Shown in pieces: positions 45,705 through 56,121 of a stretch of DNA of 64,000 bases (position 1 is the stretch's first letter; every line of letters begins with the position of its first letter). A model generated the notes under the pieces. That model ran no database searches and was not told the DNA's origin. It worked only from the letters and a program-made list of their open reading frames with translations. The stretch is from the NCBI GenBank assembly GCA_963768855.1, contig CAVYJM010000021.1, positions 47,710 through 111,709 on the forward strand. The letters are read 5' to 3'. The position numbers and the translations under genes are program-made. Origin of the DNA: an uncultured Thermoplasmata archaeon (GTDB taxonomy: Archaea; Thermoplasmatota; Thermoplasmata; RBG-16-68-12).

Positions 45705-46722
45705 GGGTCACCTCCGGGGCTGCCGGTGGACTCGAGGGACCGAAGACATGGCAGGCGACGTAGTGCCCCGGCTCCATCTCGACGAGTTCGGGTTCCACCT
45801 TGTCGCATGCGTCCACCTTGTAGGGGCATCGAGGATGGAAGTGGCATCCCGACGGGAGGGAGCGCAGGCTCGGCGGTTCTCCGGCCAGGGTGACCTCGAG
45901 GTCCGTCCCCTCGGCCTCCGCGATGCTGAGGAGGGCGCGGGTGTAGGGATGGAGGGGGTTCGTGTACAGGGACCGCGTCTCCGCCCGCTCGACCACCTTG
46001 CCCGCGTACATGACCATGATCAGGTCGCACATGTGGTATACCACGGCCATGTCATGGGAGATGAACAGGTACGTCAGGTCGAGCTCCTTCTGCAGGGTGG
46101 CGAGGAGCCGGAGGATCTGCGCCTGCACGGACACGTCCAGGTTCGAGGTGGGCTCGTCCAGGATGAGGAGCTTGGGCTTCAGGGCGATCGCGCGCGCGAT
46201 GCCGAGCCGCTGCTTCTGCCCGCCCGAGAACTCATGCGGGTAGCGGTAGAGCTGGGGCTTCTCGAGACCGACCTTTTTCATTAGGTCGGTAACCTCCCGG
46301 GTGAGTTCCTCCCCATGGAGCTTGAAGTGGATCTTGAGCGGTTCGCCGATGATGTCGACCGCCAGCTTCCGGGGGTTCAGGGAGGAGATGGGGTCCTGGA
46401 AGACCATCTGGAAGTTGACCCGGAACTTGCGCAGCTTCTTGCCGTGGAGCTCGACCAGGGGTTGTCCGAGGAGGGCCACGGATCCGCCGGTCGGATCGAT
46501 GAGGCGCGCGATCGTCCGAGCGAGGGTCGACTTCCCGCTCCCGGATTCGCCGACGATGCCGAGCGTCTTCCCGTGCTCGAGCTCGAAGGTCACACCGTCC
46601 AGGGCGCGGATGTAGCCTTTCAGGAGGGACAGGAGGCCCGACCGGATCGGGAAGTGCTTCTTGAGATCCTCGACGTCGAGCAGGCTCGCAGGTGCGGGTT
46701 CGGGTTCAGCCTGCATGGCCAC
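45691..46722 (-). CDS. oppF: Oligopeptide ABC transporter ATP-binding protein
   Basis: [39 protein letters not shown]...CHFHPRC. Confidence 0.95.
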   Translation of the reverse strand: MAMQAEPEPAPASLLDVEDLKKHFPIRSGLLSLLKGYIRALDGVTFELEHGKTLGIVGESGSGKSTLARTIARLIDPTGGSVALLGQPLVELHGKKLRKFRVNFQMVFQDPISSLNPRKLAVDIIGEPLKIHFKLHGEELTREVTDLMKKVGLEKPQLYRYPHEFSGGQKQRLGIARAIALKPKLLILDEPTSNLDVSVQAQILRLLATLQKELDLTYLFISHDMAVVYHMCDLIMVMYAGKVVERAETRSLYTNPLHPYTRALLSIAEAEGTDLEVTLAGEPPSLRSLPSGCHFHPRCPYKVDACDKVEPELVEMEPGHYVACHVFGPSSPPAAPEVTRGDG

Positions 46723-48991
46723 CTTCCCCCTTCAGCGGATGGAAGCACGCGGCGGAGCGTCCGGTCCCGAGGACCTCGAGCGGCGGATCCTTCTTGAGGC
46801 ACTCCTCCGTGGCGCGTTCGCAGCGGGGCGCGAACACGCACCCCACCGGGATCGCCTTCAGCTCGGGCAGGGAGCCCTGCATCGTGTAGTACTCGCCCTT
46901 CGGGACGAACGCGCCCCCGCTCCGCACCTTGGGCAGGGACTTGATGAGCCCGTTCGTGTACGGATGCCACGGGTCGGAGAAGATCTGGGCCAGGGGACCC
47001 TCCTCCACGAGCTTCCCCGCGTAGACCACTCCGACGCGGTCGCAGAACCGCCGGATCACGCTGAGGTCGTGGGAGATGAGGAGGACGGAGACGCCCAGTT
47101 CCTCCTTGAACTTCTTGATTAGGTCCAGGATGTTCCGCTCCGTGACCACGTCGAGCGCGGTGGTCGGCTCGTCGCAGATGAGCAGCTTCGGGTTCGAGGC
47201 CATCATCATCCCGATCATGACCCGTTGCTTCATGCCGCCGGACAGCTCGAAGGGATAGAGGTCGACCGTGCGCTCCGGATCGGGCACCAGCGCGCGCCGC
47301 AGGTCCCGGACCGCGAGCCTCCGGCAGATGTCCCGGGTCCGCGGGTCCGGGGGTCGGTCCGGGCCGAGCTTGCGCTTCTCGTAGGTCTGGTAGAGTTCCC
47401 GGTACTTGAGCAACTGGGACCGTTGCCTCCCGGAGAACTGCTCGGGCACGACGTCCGCGGGGGACCGTCTCGCCCCCTTGGGCGGCTCGACGATGGAAAG
47501 GCAGCCGGTGCAGATCCACGCACCCTCCTTCACGGTGGCGCCGCAGTAGTCGCACGGCCGCTCGATGAAGGACTGCTCCATCTCGCCCACCGCGATCTCG
47601 AGGACGAGTTCGAACTGGTGCAGGAGGTAGGTCTGCCCCATCTGGAACCCGACCTTGTACGAGGGATGGAGAGAGTCCGAGACCTCCTGGAAGATCATCG
47701 CGATGTCCTTCCCCCGAACCGCGTTCATCTCGTTCTCCTTGAGCAGGAGGAGGTTCGTGTACGTGGCGGCGTTCGCCCGGTCTCCCGCGAAGAAGATGTC
47801 GCCGGACGCGATCCGCGTCGAGCGCGGCGGGAGCAGTCCCATGATAGCCAGCGCGACGGTCGACTTTCCGCTCCCGCTCTCCCCGATGAGGCCGTACGCC
47901 TCCCCCGGCTTCACCTCGAAGCTCGCGTTCCTCACCGCATGGACCGGTCCCTCGTACGTGAGGTAGCTGATGGAGAGGTCGTCCACCTGGAGCAGGGCCC
48001 CGGGCGCCGCGGGCTCCGGGGATTCCTTGTGGACCACATCGGGCAGCCCGCGGATCGTCTGCGACAGCCACCGCCTCGAGGTCGGGTCGAACACGTCCCG
48101 CAGCCCGTCCCCGAGCAGGTTGAACGCGAGGGACGTCGTGATCAGGAAGATGCCCGGGAAGATCGGGTACCACCAGGCGACGAAGAGATAGCTCAGGCTC
48201 TGCGAGATGAGGAGCCCCCACTCGGCCGTCCCCGGGGTGGCGCCGAGGCCTAGGAAGCTCAGGGCGGCGATGGACAGAAGGACGCTCCCCAGGTCCGCGG
48301 TGGCCTGGATGATCGCGGGGGAGAGCACATTCGAAAGGATGTGGCGGAAGAAGATCGACGTCCCGCTGAGGCCCGAGCTCCGGGCGACTTCGACGAAGTC
48401 CCGGTGCTTCATCTTGCGGGTCTCGCCGTAGATGAGACGCGCGTACCACGCCCACCAGGTTGCGATCATCGCGTACACGATGTGCTCGAGGGACGGGCCC
48501 AGGGCGGCGGCGAGCGTGAGCGCGAGCACGATGCTCGGAACCGCGAGGAACACGTCCGTGATGCGCATGAGGACCTCGCCGAACGTCTTCTCGAAGTACC
48601 CCGCGATCCCGCCGATCACGATCCCGAGGAGGGCCGACGGGATCATCACCTCGAACGGGAGGACCATGTCGAGCTGCGCGGCGTAGACGGACTTGCTGAA
48701 GAGGTCGGTCCCGAGCTCGTCCGTCCCGAAGAGATGCTGCAAGGAGGGCGGCAGCAGGGCGATGTTCGTGTCCGTCGGCCACCGCTGTTGGAGCGCGCCA
48801 TTCACGTTGACGTACACCGGATGCTGGAGGGCGATGAAGGGCGCCAGGAGCGCGATCACGACGAACGCGAGGAGGAGGATGAGGCCCACCATGGAGAGCT
48901 TGCTCGTTCGGAGGGCCCTGAAGGTCAGGTTCCCTTCCCGGCCCATGACCCGGAGCCGCTCCATCGCACTGCCCCACCGGGCCGCCGCCAT
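46706..48991 (-). CDS. Fused oligopeptide permease + ATPase (OppC-OppD) with Zn-ribbon insertion
   Basis: N-terminal OppC (HLFGTDELGTD, EAA-like FVEVARSSG, NLLGDGLRDVFDP) continues in frame into OppD (GESGSGKST, LSGGMKQR, CDEPTTALD, HPYT, CVFAPRC); CDYC-x9-CTGC insert. Confidence 0.9.
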   Translation of the reverse strand: MAAARWGSAMERLRVMGREGNLTFRALRTSKLSMVGLILLLAFVVIALLAPFIALQHPVYVNVNGALQQRWPTDTNIALLPPSLQHLFGTDELGTDLFSKSVYAAQLDMVLPFEVMIPSALLGIVIGGIAGYFEKTFGEVLMRITDVFLAVPSIVLALTLAAALGPSLEHIVYAMIATWWAWYARLIYGETRKMKHRDFVEVARSSGLSGTSIFFRHILSNVLSPAIIQATADLGSVLLSIAALSFLGLGATPGTAEWGLLISQSLSYLFVAWWYPIFPGIFLITTSLAFNLLGDGLRDVFDPTSRRWLSQTIRGLPDVVHKESPEPAAPGALLQVDDLSISYLTYEGPVHAVRNASFEVKPGEAYGLIGESGSGKSTVALAIMGLLPPRSTRIASGDIFFAGDRANAATYTNLLLLKENEMNAVRGKDIAMIFQEVSDSLHPSYKVGFQMGQTYLLHQFELVLEIAVGEMEQSFIERPCDYCGATVKEGAWICTGCLSIVEPPKGARRSPADVVPEQFSGRQRSQLLKYRELYQTYEKRKLGPDRPPDPRTRDICRRLAVRDLRRALVPDPERTVDLYPFELSGGMKQRVMIGMMMASNPKLLICDEPTTALDVVTERNILDLIKKFKEELGVSVLLISHDLSVIRRFCDRVGVVYAGKLVEEGPLAQIFSDPWHPYTNGLIKSLPKVRSGGAFVPKGEYYTMQGSLPELKAIPVGCVFAPRCERATEECLKKDPPLEVLGTGRSAACFHPLKGEGGHAG

Positions 48992-48992
48992 C

Positions 48993-50021
48993 CTAACCAG
49001 CCCCCTCCTCGGAGAACCGGATGCGCGGTTCGATCCAAGCGTACGCCGCGTCCACGACAATGCTCCCGAGGACGTACGCCAGCGAGATGATGAGCGTGTA
49101 CGCGACGACGACGTTGTAGTCGAAGCCGATGATTGCCTGGTAGACCCAGTAGGAGAACCCGGCCATGCCGAAGATTTCCTCGATGAAGACCGTGCCGCCG
49201 AGCAGGCTCCCGAAGCTCAGGCCCACGATTGTCAGGGTCGGCCCCATGGCCGCGCGGAAGGCGTAGCGCCGTACGATGATCTTCTCCGGCACGCCCTTGG
49301 CCCGCAGCGCTTTGACGAAGGGCGACGACAGAATCTCGAGCATGCTCGACCGCGCCATGCGGAGCACGAGGGCGAACCCGGTGAAGCCGAGGGCAAATAC
49401 GGGGAGGATGAGGTGCACGCAGGCCGACACGAAGTCCGGCAGGTTCCCCGTGAGGAGCGAATCCAGGGGATAGAACCCGGTGATGTGGGTCGGGGGCGTG
49501 TTGGTCGGCCCGAGCAGCCCGGTCAACGGGAGGACGTGCAAGTTCACGGCGAACACGAGCTGGAGGATGACCGCCAGGAGGAACGAAGGGAAGGAAAGCC
49601 CGATGTAGGCGATCGTCCGCGAGACGACGTCCCCGAGCTTGTTCATTCGCGTGGCGGAGAGCATCCCCAGGAGGATGCCTACCGGGGTGGACCAGGCAAT
49701 CGCGAGGACGACCAGGCCCAGGGTAGCCGGGAGGAAGAGCTCGATGCCCGTGTTCACGCTCATCCGGAGGGAAAGGGAATAGCCCAGGTTCCCCTCGAAC
49801 AGGCTCGTGAGGTAGTACCAGAACTGGACAGGGATCGGATCGTTGAGGTGGAGCCGCTCCCGGATGGCATCGAGGGTCGCCGGAGACGCCTTGATGCCCG
49901 CGTAGAGCTTCACCGGGTCCGACGGCGCCACGTGGGTCACGAAGAAGATGAGTACGATGACCCCGAGGAGGACCGGAATCGCCGAGATGAGGCGCCGCAG
50001 GATAAACTCCCACATCTTCAT
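48993..50021 (-). CDS. oppB: Oligopeptide ABC transporter permease
   Basis: FILRRLISAIP, PSDPV, LFLPATL, RMARSSMLE...FVKALRAKG, FIEEIFGMAG, DAAYAWIEPRIR. Confidence 0.95.
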   Translation of the reverse strand: MKMWEFILRRLISAIPVLLGVIVLIFFVTHVAPSDPVKLYAGIKASPATLDAIRERLHLNDPIPVQFWYYLTSLFEGNLGYSLSLRMSVNTGIELFLPATLGLVVLAIAWSTPVGILLGMLSATRMNKLGDVVSRTIAYIGLSFPSFLLAVILQLVFAVNLHVLPLTGLLGPTNTPPTHITGFYPLDSLLTGNLPDFVSACVHLILPVFALGFTGFALVLRMARSSMLEILSSPFVKALRAKGVPEKIIVRRYAFRAAMGPTLTIVGLSFGSLLGGTVFIEEIFGMAGFSYWVYQAIIGFDYNVVVAYTLIISLAYVLGSIVVDAAYAWIEPRIRFSEEGAG

Positions 50022-50329
50022 CTCAGGTCACCCCATCCGGACTACCGAGCCCCTCTTCTCCCGGTATCGGGGTGCCGTTCGCCCCGCAACGCATGCCGCC
50101 GTCGCGTCTCGGTTCCCATTCCGGCGCGGCTCCTCCGCCCCTTCCCGCTGGGGAGCGGGCTTCTCGTACATAACCCTCTGGTACGTAGCGCGTGCCCGCC
50201 GCTCGTGCGTGCCTGCATCTGGAGAGAATCTCGTCACGGGTCGCGGACGGCGGTCCGCCACGGGCGGCCTCGGAACCCGTAAGTAGCGCCACGCGTTGCG
50301 CGGTGCGTCCGACGGAACGGGGGTTGGGT

Positions 50330-52903
50330 GTGCAGGACGCCCTGGACGGCTGCGGCGACGCGAGATGCGATTCGGCCGCCGATCATGCGTTCGCGCCTCT
50401 CGACACACCGCCGCAGTACGCACGGGAGCGGACGTTCCGAGAGTTGCATCTCAAGCTTGACATTTCCATCGATGGCGAAGCGCGGACCGTCTCCGGGACC
50501 GCGGTGCACCGCCTCGCGCCCATCAATGACGGCCTGCACGAGGTCGTCTTCGACCAGCAGGGACTCCGCATCCGCGGTGTGCGCGACGACGCGGGCCGCG
50601 CGATGGAGTGGGAGGTCCACGGCGACGTCCTGCTCGTGCGCCTCGCAAAGCCTCGCAAGGCCGGCGAGGCCTTTGAGCTCCGCATCCGTTACACCGGCAA
50701 GCCGCGGAAGGGCCTCTTCTTCACGGCCCCGGATGCCGGATATCCGCAGAAACCGCGCACGGTCTGGACCCAGGGAGAGGAGATGGACAATCGGTCCTGG
50801 TTCCCCTCGTACGACTATCCGAACCAGAAGTTCACGACCGAGATCATCGTCACCGTGAAGGAGGCGTACCGGGCCATCGCGAACGGCCACCTCGTCGCGG
50901 AGAAGCACGACCCGAAGAAGGGCACGCGGACGTTCCACTGGCTTCAGGACAAGCCCCACCCGAACTACCTGGTCGCCCTCGTCGTGGGCGAGTGGGACAG
51001 CAAGGAGTGGGACGCGGACGGCATCCCGGTCCAGGCGTACGTGGCCAAGGGCTACGGGAAGTACATCGACCTCGCCTTCTCCCGCGTGCCCGAGATGGTC
51101 CGGTTCTACGGGCGCGTCACGGGGCTGCGGTTTCCCTGGGACAAGTACGCCCAGGCGTGCGTTCCTGAGTTCATCTTCGGCGCGATGGAGAACACGACGA
51201 TCACGATCCTCAACGAGAGCTATCTGACGGACGAGCGGGCGTACCCCGACTACAACGCGGACTCCCACCTGGCCCACGAGCTCGTCCATCACTGGTTCGG
51301 CGACTGGATCACGATCAAGAGTTTCGGTCATGTGTGGCTCAAGGAAGGTTTCGCGAACTACTTCGAGTGCCTGTGGTGGGAGGAGCACTACGGGAAGGAC
51401 GAGTTCCTCGTCTACCTCGAGGAGATGCGGCAGCGCTACTTCGACGAGGCCGAGAAGGACTACCTGCGTCCCATCGTCACCCACGCCTTCGTCGACGCGA
51501 AGGAGATGTTCGACTCGCACACGTACAACAAGGGCGCCGCGGTGCTCCACATGCTCCGCTCCCTCCTGGGCGACGACCTGTGGTGGAAGGGGATCCGCGC
51601 CTACGTGGCGGCGCATGGGAGGGCCGCCGTGGAGACGGACGACTTCCGTGTGGCCATGGAGGCGGCGACCGGGAGGACGCTCGACGGATTCTTCGAGCAG
51701 TGGGTCTACCGACCCGGCCACCCCGAGTTCGAAGTCTCCTGGTCTTGGGACCCCGGGGCACGACAGGCCGAGGTCCGCGTGCGGCAAGTACAGGAGACAA
51801 AGGACGGTGTCCCCGTATTCCGGATGCCCGTGACCTTGGAGTTCGCCTCGGAGGACCGCACGTGGCGGGAGACCGTGCACCTGGAGAGGGCGGAGCACAT
51901 CTTCCGCTTTTCCTGCCGCGACCGACCCGAGGCGGTCCTGTTCGACCCCGACAGCGTCCTGCTCAAGCGTATCGTCTTCCGGCGGAGCGTAGCGGAATTG
52001 CGCTGGGTGCTCGCGCATTCGGCCAGCTCATGGGCGCGCATGGAGGCCTGTGCCGCCCTCGGCAGGTCCGTGGAAGCGATCGACGTGATCCCCGCACTCG
52101 AGGAGGCGCTCCGCGGGGATTCGCAATGGGCCGTGCGACGCGCCGCCGCGCTCGGCCTGGGCGATGTCGGAACGCCCGCGGCCCGGGACGCGCTGCTCCG
52201 GTCCCTCGCGGACTCTGACAGCCGCGTCCGCGTGGGGATTTACGAGGCGCTAGGCCGGTTCCGCAAGGATGAGACCGCCTTCAGGGCGCTCGCCAAGGCG
52301 TACGGGGATGACGACAAGTATTATCCCATGGCCGCCGCGGGAGCCGCCCTCGGATCGACCCGACACCTCCGAGCGTTCGAGACGATTGTCGCGGGGATGG
52401 ACCGTCTGTCCCACGTGGAGGCGATCGCGGCCCGTGCGGCAGACGGGCTGGTCGCGCTGCGGGACGAACGCGGCATCGAGGTCCTAGTGCAGAGGACGCG
52501 ATACGGGGAGCCCGAGATGCGGCGGTATGCCGCCGCGATCGCCCTGGGTCGGCTTGGGCGGGCGGTGGAGGGGCCGAGGCCCGATGTGCTGGAGCACCTG
52601 GTCGGCCTGACGAAGGACGTGAACATCCGCACGAAGCTCGGGGCCATCGAAGGCCTCGGCGAACTGGGCTCTCCCCTCGCCCTTCCGACCCTCGAGAAGG
52701 TGTACGAGGGCGAGGTCTTGTGGAGTTTCAAGAAGCGGGCACGCCGCGCCCTCCGCAAGATCCGCGAGGCGCAGGCGAACCGTGCGCCCTCGCTCGAGCA
52801 GCAGAAAGCGCTGGATGCCCTCGAGGAGGACGCCCGGGAGCTCCGGCGGCGTCTCGCCTCGCTCGAAGCGACGGTCGATGGGCTCGCGGAGTCGCGAAAG
52901 TGA
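50330..52903 (+). CDS. pepN: M1 family aminopeptidase N with C-terminal HEAT repeats and coiled-coil tail
   Basis: GAMEN exopeptidase motif, AHELVHHWFG...WLKEGFA (HExxH-x18-E), YNKGA; HEAT-like helical repeats; start uncertain. Confidence 0.92.
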   Translation: MQDALDGCGDARCDSAADHAFAPLDTPPQYARERTFRELHLKLDISIDGEARTVSGTAVHRLAPINDGLHEVVFDQQGLRIRGVRDDAGRAMEWEVHGDVLLVRLAKPRKAGEAFELRIRYTGKPRKGLFFTAPDAGYPQKPRTVWTQGEEMDNRSWFPSYDYPNQKFTTEIIVTVKEAYRAIANGHLVAEKHDPKKGTRTFHWLQDKPHPNYLVALVVGEWDSKEWDADGIPVQAYVAKGYGKYIDLAFSRVPEMVRFYGRVTGLRFPWDKYAQACVPEFIFGAMENTTITILNESYLTDERAYPDYNADSHLAHELVHHWFGDWITIKSFGHVWLKEGFANYFECLWWEEHYGKDEFLVYLEEMRQRYFDEAEKDYLRPIVTHAFVDAKEMFDSHTYNKGAAVLHMLRSLLGDDLWWKGIRAYVAAHGRAAVETDDFRVAMEAATGRTLDGFFEQWVYRPGHPEFEVSWSWDPGARQAEVRVRQVQETKDGVPVFRMPVTLEFASEDRTWRETVHLERAEHIFRFSCRDRPEAVLFDPDSVLLKRIVFRRSVAELRWVLAHSASSWARMEACAALGRSVEAIDVIPALEEALRGDSQWAVRRAAALGLGDVGTPAARDALLRSLADSDSRVRVGIYEALGRFRKDETAFRALAKAYGDDDKYYPMAAAGAALGSTRHLRAFETIVAGMDRLSHVEAIAARAADGLVALRDERGIEVLVQRTRYGEPEMRRYAAAIALGRLGRAVEGPRPDVLEHLVGLTKDVNIRTKLGAIEGLGELGSPLALPTLEKVYEGEVLWSFKKRARRALRKIREAQANRAPSLEQQKALDALEEDARELRRRLASLEATVDGLAESRK

Positions 52904-53011
52904 AAAGCGAAGGTGCAGGCTCCCGGTCTCCCGGGCGCCTGCGTTGGTCCGTCGGGACGGCAGGTCCCCTGGCCGCGATCGGCCCGTGTGGACTTCTCTC
53001 TCACCTGACCC

Positions 53012-54763
53012 TTAGGCGTGCAGGAGCTGCTGGTACACGTTCAGGAAGCTCCGGAACGGCTCGGCCGCAGACTGCGGAGCGACCGAAGTCCCGACCGACA
53101 GCGAGCTCGCTGCCGCGCTCGTGCTGGGCAGGTAGAACCAGAAGTTGTACGTGAGGATCGCGTTGTACGTGAAGTTCGTTAACGTCTTAGACACCGCGGC
53201 GATCGCCTGCGCCACGCACATGTAGATCAGGCTGGGGTTCTGGTTCTGCACGGTCCAGACCGTGTGGTAGTCCGCGATTTCCCGATTCAGGTCCGTGGTG
53301 CTCTGCGCGTCCGTGAGCGCGTTGTCGATCGTCGCGTTCGCGTACACGGTGTGGTACGTGTCCCCGCCGATCGCCGCACTCCCCACGAACGGGAGCGCGT
53401 AGTCGCTCGGGTCGTTGTAGTCCGGGCCCCACGTTTCAATCATCAGGTCCCACCCGTTCGTCTTCTGGGTCGCGCTGCGCACGGCGTCCGGAACCGAGTG
53501 GATGTCCAGGGTGATCCCGATCTGCTGGAGGGCCGCCTGGTACAGCTGGGCGACGGTCGGCTGCCACGCGATGGAGGAGATCGCGTAGAACGACACCGCG
53601 GCGCCTCCGAATCGCAGGCCGGCGCCGTTCTTGGTGAAGCCCGCGGCGTCCAGAATCGCTGCCGCCTTGGTCAGGTTATAGCTGTAGAACTTCGTGGGCA
53701 TCGACTCCGTTCCGAGGTAGATCTGCGTCGGAACCGGCCCGTTCAACGGAGTCGCGTAGCCCTGGAACGCGTTCGCGATGACCTGATCGTACGGGAAGGC
53801 CCAGCTGAGGGCCTGCCGCACGCTCGCGTTGGCCATGAACGTGTGGGTCGAGTTGATGTCGAACCCGACCATGTACGTCCGGGGGACCGGGGTCACCTTG
53901 AGCTGGACGTTCGTCGCGTTGGCCAGGGAGGCCGCCTGGGTGAACGGGATGTCCGCGATCGTCGCGTCCCCGCTCCTCGCCGCCGAGATGGCGGTCGAGG
54001 GTAGCTGGTTCAGGAGCATGACGACCTTGTCGTACCGCGCCCCGCTCGTGTCGCCCCAGTAGTTCGGGTTCCGGACCAGGACGACCTGCTGGGCCTTGGT
54101 CCAGGACTGGACCATGTACGGGCCCGTGCCCACCGTGTTGTTCGTCATCCACGCGTTGTCCTGCCCGTCCACGATGCCGCCGTTCGCCTCGACGGCCGCC
54201 TTGTCCACGATGGCGTTGGGCTCGGCCGTCGCCAAGGTCTGCAGGAACGGGTTGAAGACGTGGGTCAGTTTGAACTGGACCGTGTACGTGTCGATCTTCG
54301 TGATGCTCGACACGTTCAGTTCCTGGGAGTCGATCCAGGCCACGCCGGACGAGGGCGAGTTGATCCGGAGGACCCGCTGGAACGAGTAGACGACGTCGTC
54401 CGCGGTGAAAGGGTCGCCGTTGCTGAACTTCACGTTCTGCCGCAGGTGGAAGGTGTACGTCAGTCCGTCCGCGGAGATCCCGCCGTTAGCGACGGTCGGG
54501 ATCTGGAGGGCGAGGGCCGGAGCGAACTCGTTGATCGTGGTCAGCGGATAGGACAGGAGCGTGTCGTACGAGTTCTGGATCGGGATGAACGATCCGGAGT
54601 CGTACGCGTCGGCGGGATCCAGGGTCGAGATGTCGTACTGCGAATAGTACACGAGCGTTCGCTGCGTCGCCGCCGGAGGCGACAGCAGGATGAACGCCGC
54701 GACACCCGCAACAATCAGAATGATGACGACGGACACAACGAGAATCAACGTTCGGCGTAGCAT
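53012..54763 (-). CDS. oppA: Oligopeptide/dipeptide ABC substrate-binding protein (SBP family 5), N-terminal TM anchor
   Basis: STLDPADAYD, DGLTYTFHLRQNVKFSNG.PFTADDVVYS, VGTGPY, NPNYWG, VRQALSWA, WGPDYNDP. Confidence 0.93.
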   Translation of the reverse strand: MLRRTLILVVSVVIILIVAGVAAFILLSPPAATQRTLVYYSQYDISTLDPADAYDSGSFIPIQNSYDTLLSYPLTTINEFAPALALQIPTVANGGISADGLTYTFHLRQNVKFSNGDPFTADDVVYSFQRVLRINSPSSGVAWIDSQELNVSSITKIDTYTVQFKLTHVFNPFLQTLATAEPNAIVDKAAVEANGGIVDGQDNAWMTNNTVGTGPYMVQSWTKAQQVVLVRNPNYWGDTSGARYDKVVMLLNQLPSTAISAARSGDATIADIPFTQAASLANATNVQLKVTPVPRTYMVGFDINSTHTFMANASVRQALSWAFPYDQVIANAFQGYATPLNGPVPTQIYLGTESMPTKFYSYNLTKAAAILDAAGFTKNGAGLRFGGAAVSFYAISSIAWQPTVAQLYQAALQQIGITLDIHSVPDAVRSATQKTNGWDLMIETWGPDYNDPSDYALPFVGSAAIGGDTYHTVYANATIDNALTDAQSTTDLNREIADYHTVWTVQNQNPSLIYMCVAQAIAAVSKTLTNFTYNAILTYNFWFYLPSTSAAASSLSVGTSVAPQSAAEPFRSFLNVYQQLLHA

Positions 54764-55052
54764 GGTTCTCCCTCTCCCTCCCGACGCAGGACCGCATGCC
54801 GGCTATATACCCGTTTCTTAGAACTTCTGTCGAACTGAATCCGCGTTGTTGGCTCGTGCTTCACACTCCGGATTTCGCGCAATCCCGGTCGTGGCGGATG
54901 AGAGTTCTCGGGTTTTCTTCATCTCCGCGCCGTGTCCCGGGCGCGATGGACAATCCCTTAAGCTCGCGAGCCCCATCCTATCGCGAACAGCGAGGCGGTC
55001 GACCGTGATCTTGAAGAGCGCGTCCGTGAAGCTGGACGCGAGGATCGGCGAC

Positions 55053-56120
55053 GTGCGCCTCGCGTCGGCCAAGGTCCACCTCCTCCGCATCCCGCTCCGC
55101 CATCCCTTCGTGATCTCGCTCGGGGTCCAGCCCGCCTACGTGGGCACAATCGTGGAGCTCGAGTCCGACGAGCACACGGGATACGGGGAAGGGTCCACGA
55201 TTCAGCCGATTACCGGCGAATCGCCGGAGGGAGTGGCGGCCGCCGCGGAGCACATCCTGCGCGCCCTCGCGGACGGCACATTTGACGACCTCGAGGACTT
55301 CGGCTCCGCCGTGGATGCCGCGATCCCTGCGAACCCCACCGCGAAGTGCGCGATCGACATCGCAGTCCACGATCTCCTCGGGAAGCACCGGGGCCTCCAT
55401 GTGATCCAGATGCTGGGCGGACGCTTCGCCGATCTGCCGACGAGTCTTACGATCGGTCTTGTCCCGGTCGAGGAGAGTCTTCGGCAGCTCGAAGAGCTGC
55501 TGGCGGAGAAGTGCCAGGTCATCAAGGTCAAGGTCGGCGGCAAGGTCGAGGAGGACATCGAGCGGGTGCGGGCCGTGGCCGGGCACCTGCACGGCGAGCG
55601 GCTCTACGTCGACGCGAACCAGGGCTACTCCCTGCGGGATGCGCTCCGCCTGAGCCCGGTCCTCTCCGAGTGCGGCGCGCTGTTCTTCGAGCAGCCGCTG
55701 GACCGTCACGCGTTCGAGGACCTCCGCACCTTTCGGAAATCCTCCGACGTGCCTGTGATGCTCGACGAGAGCATCTTCTCACCCGGAGACGTCATCGAGG
55801 CCGTACGCCGCGAGGCTGCGGACTACGTGAACGTGAAGCTGACGAAGAGCGGCGGCATCCGGAATGCGATGAAGACGCTCCAAGCCGCGCAGGAATACGG
55901 CATCCAGGCCATGGTGGGCTGCATGGTTGAGGGGAAGCTGAGCACCGCGGCGGGTCTCTGCGTGGCCTGCTCCGCCCGCAACGTGAAGTTCACGGATCTG
56001 GACGGGTACACGTCCATGGTGACGCAGCCGTTCGAGGGCGGACTGACGTACAAGGACGGCATCAACAGCCCCGTGCGGGGCGTGGGGATGGCCGTGGAGA
56101 AGGTGGACGCGGGCTGGTGA
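55053..56120 (+). CDS. Dipeptide epimerase (enolase superfamily, L-Ala-D/L-Glu epimerase group)
   Basis: IKVK (KxK), YVDANQG, FFEQP, VMLDES, VNVKLTK and the epimerase-specific DLDG motif; start could be GTG 55005 or 55026 instead. Confidence 0.88.
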   Translation: MRLASAKVHLLRIPLRHPFVISLGVQPAYVGTIVELESDEHTGYGEGSTIQPITGESPEGVAAAAEHILRALADGTFDDLEDFGSAVDAAIPANPTAKCAIDIAVHDLLGKHRGLHVIQMLGGRFADLPTSLTIGLVPVEESLRQLEELLAEKCQVIKVKVGGKVEEDIERVRAVAGHLHGERLYVDANQGYSLRDALRLSPVLSECGALFFEQPLDRHAFEDLRTFRKSSDVPVMLDESIFSPGDVIEAVRREAADYVNVKLTKSGGIRNAMKTLQAAQEYGIQAMVGCMVEGKLSTAAGLCVACSARNVKFTDLDGYTSMVTQPFEGGLTYKDGINSPVRGVGMAVEKVDAGW

Positions 56121-56121
56121 C

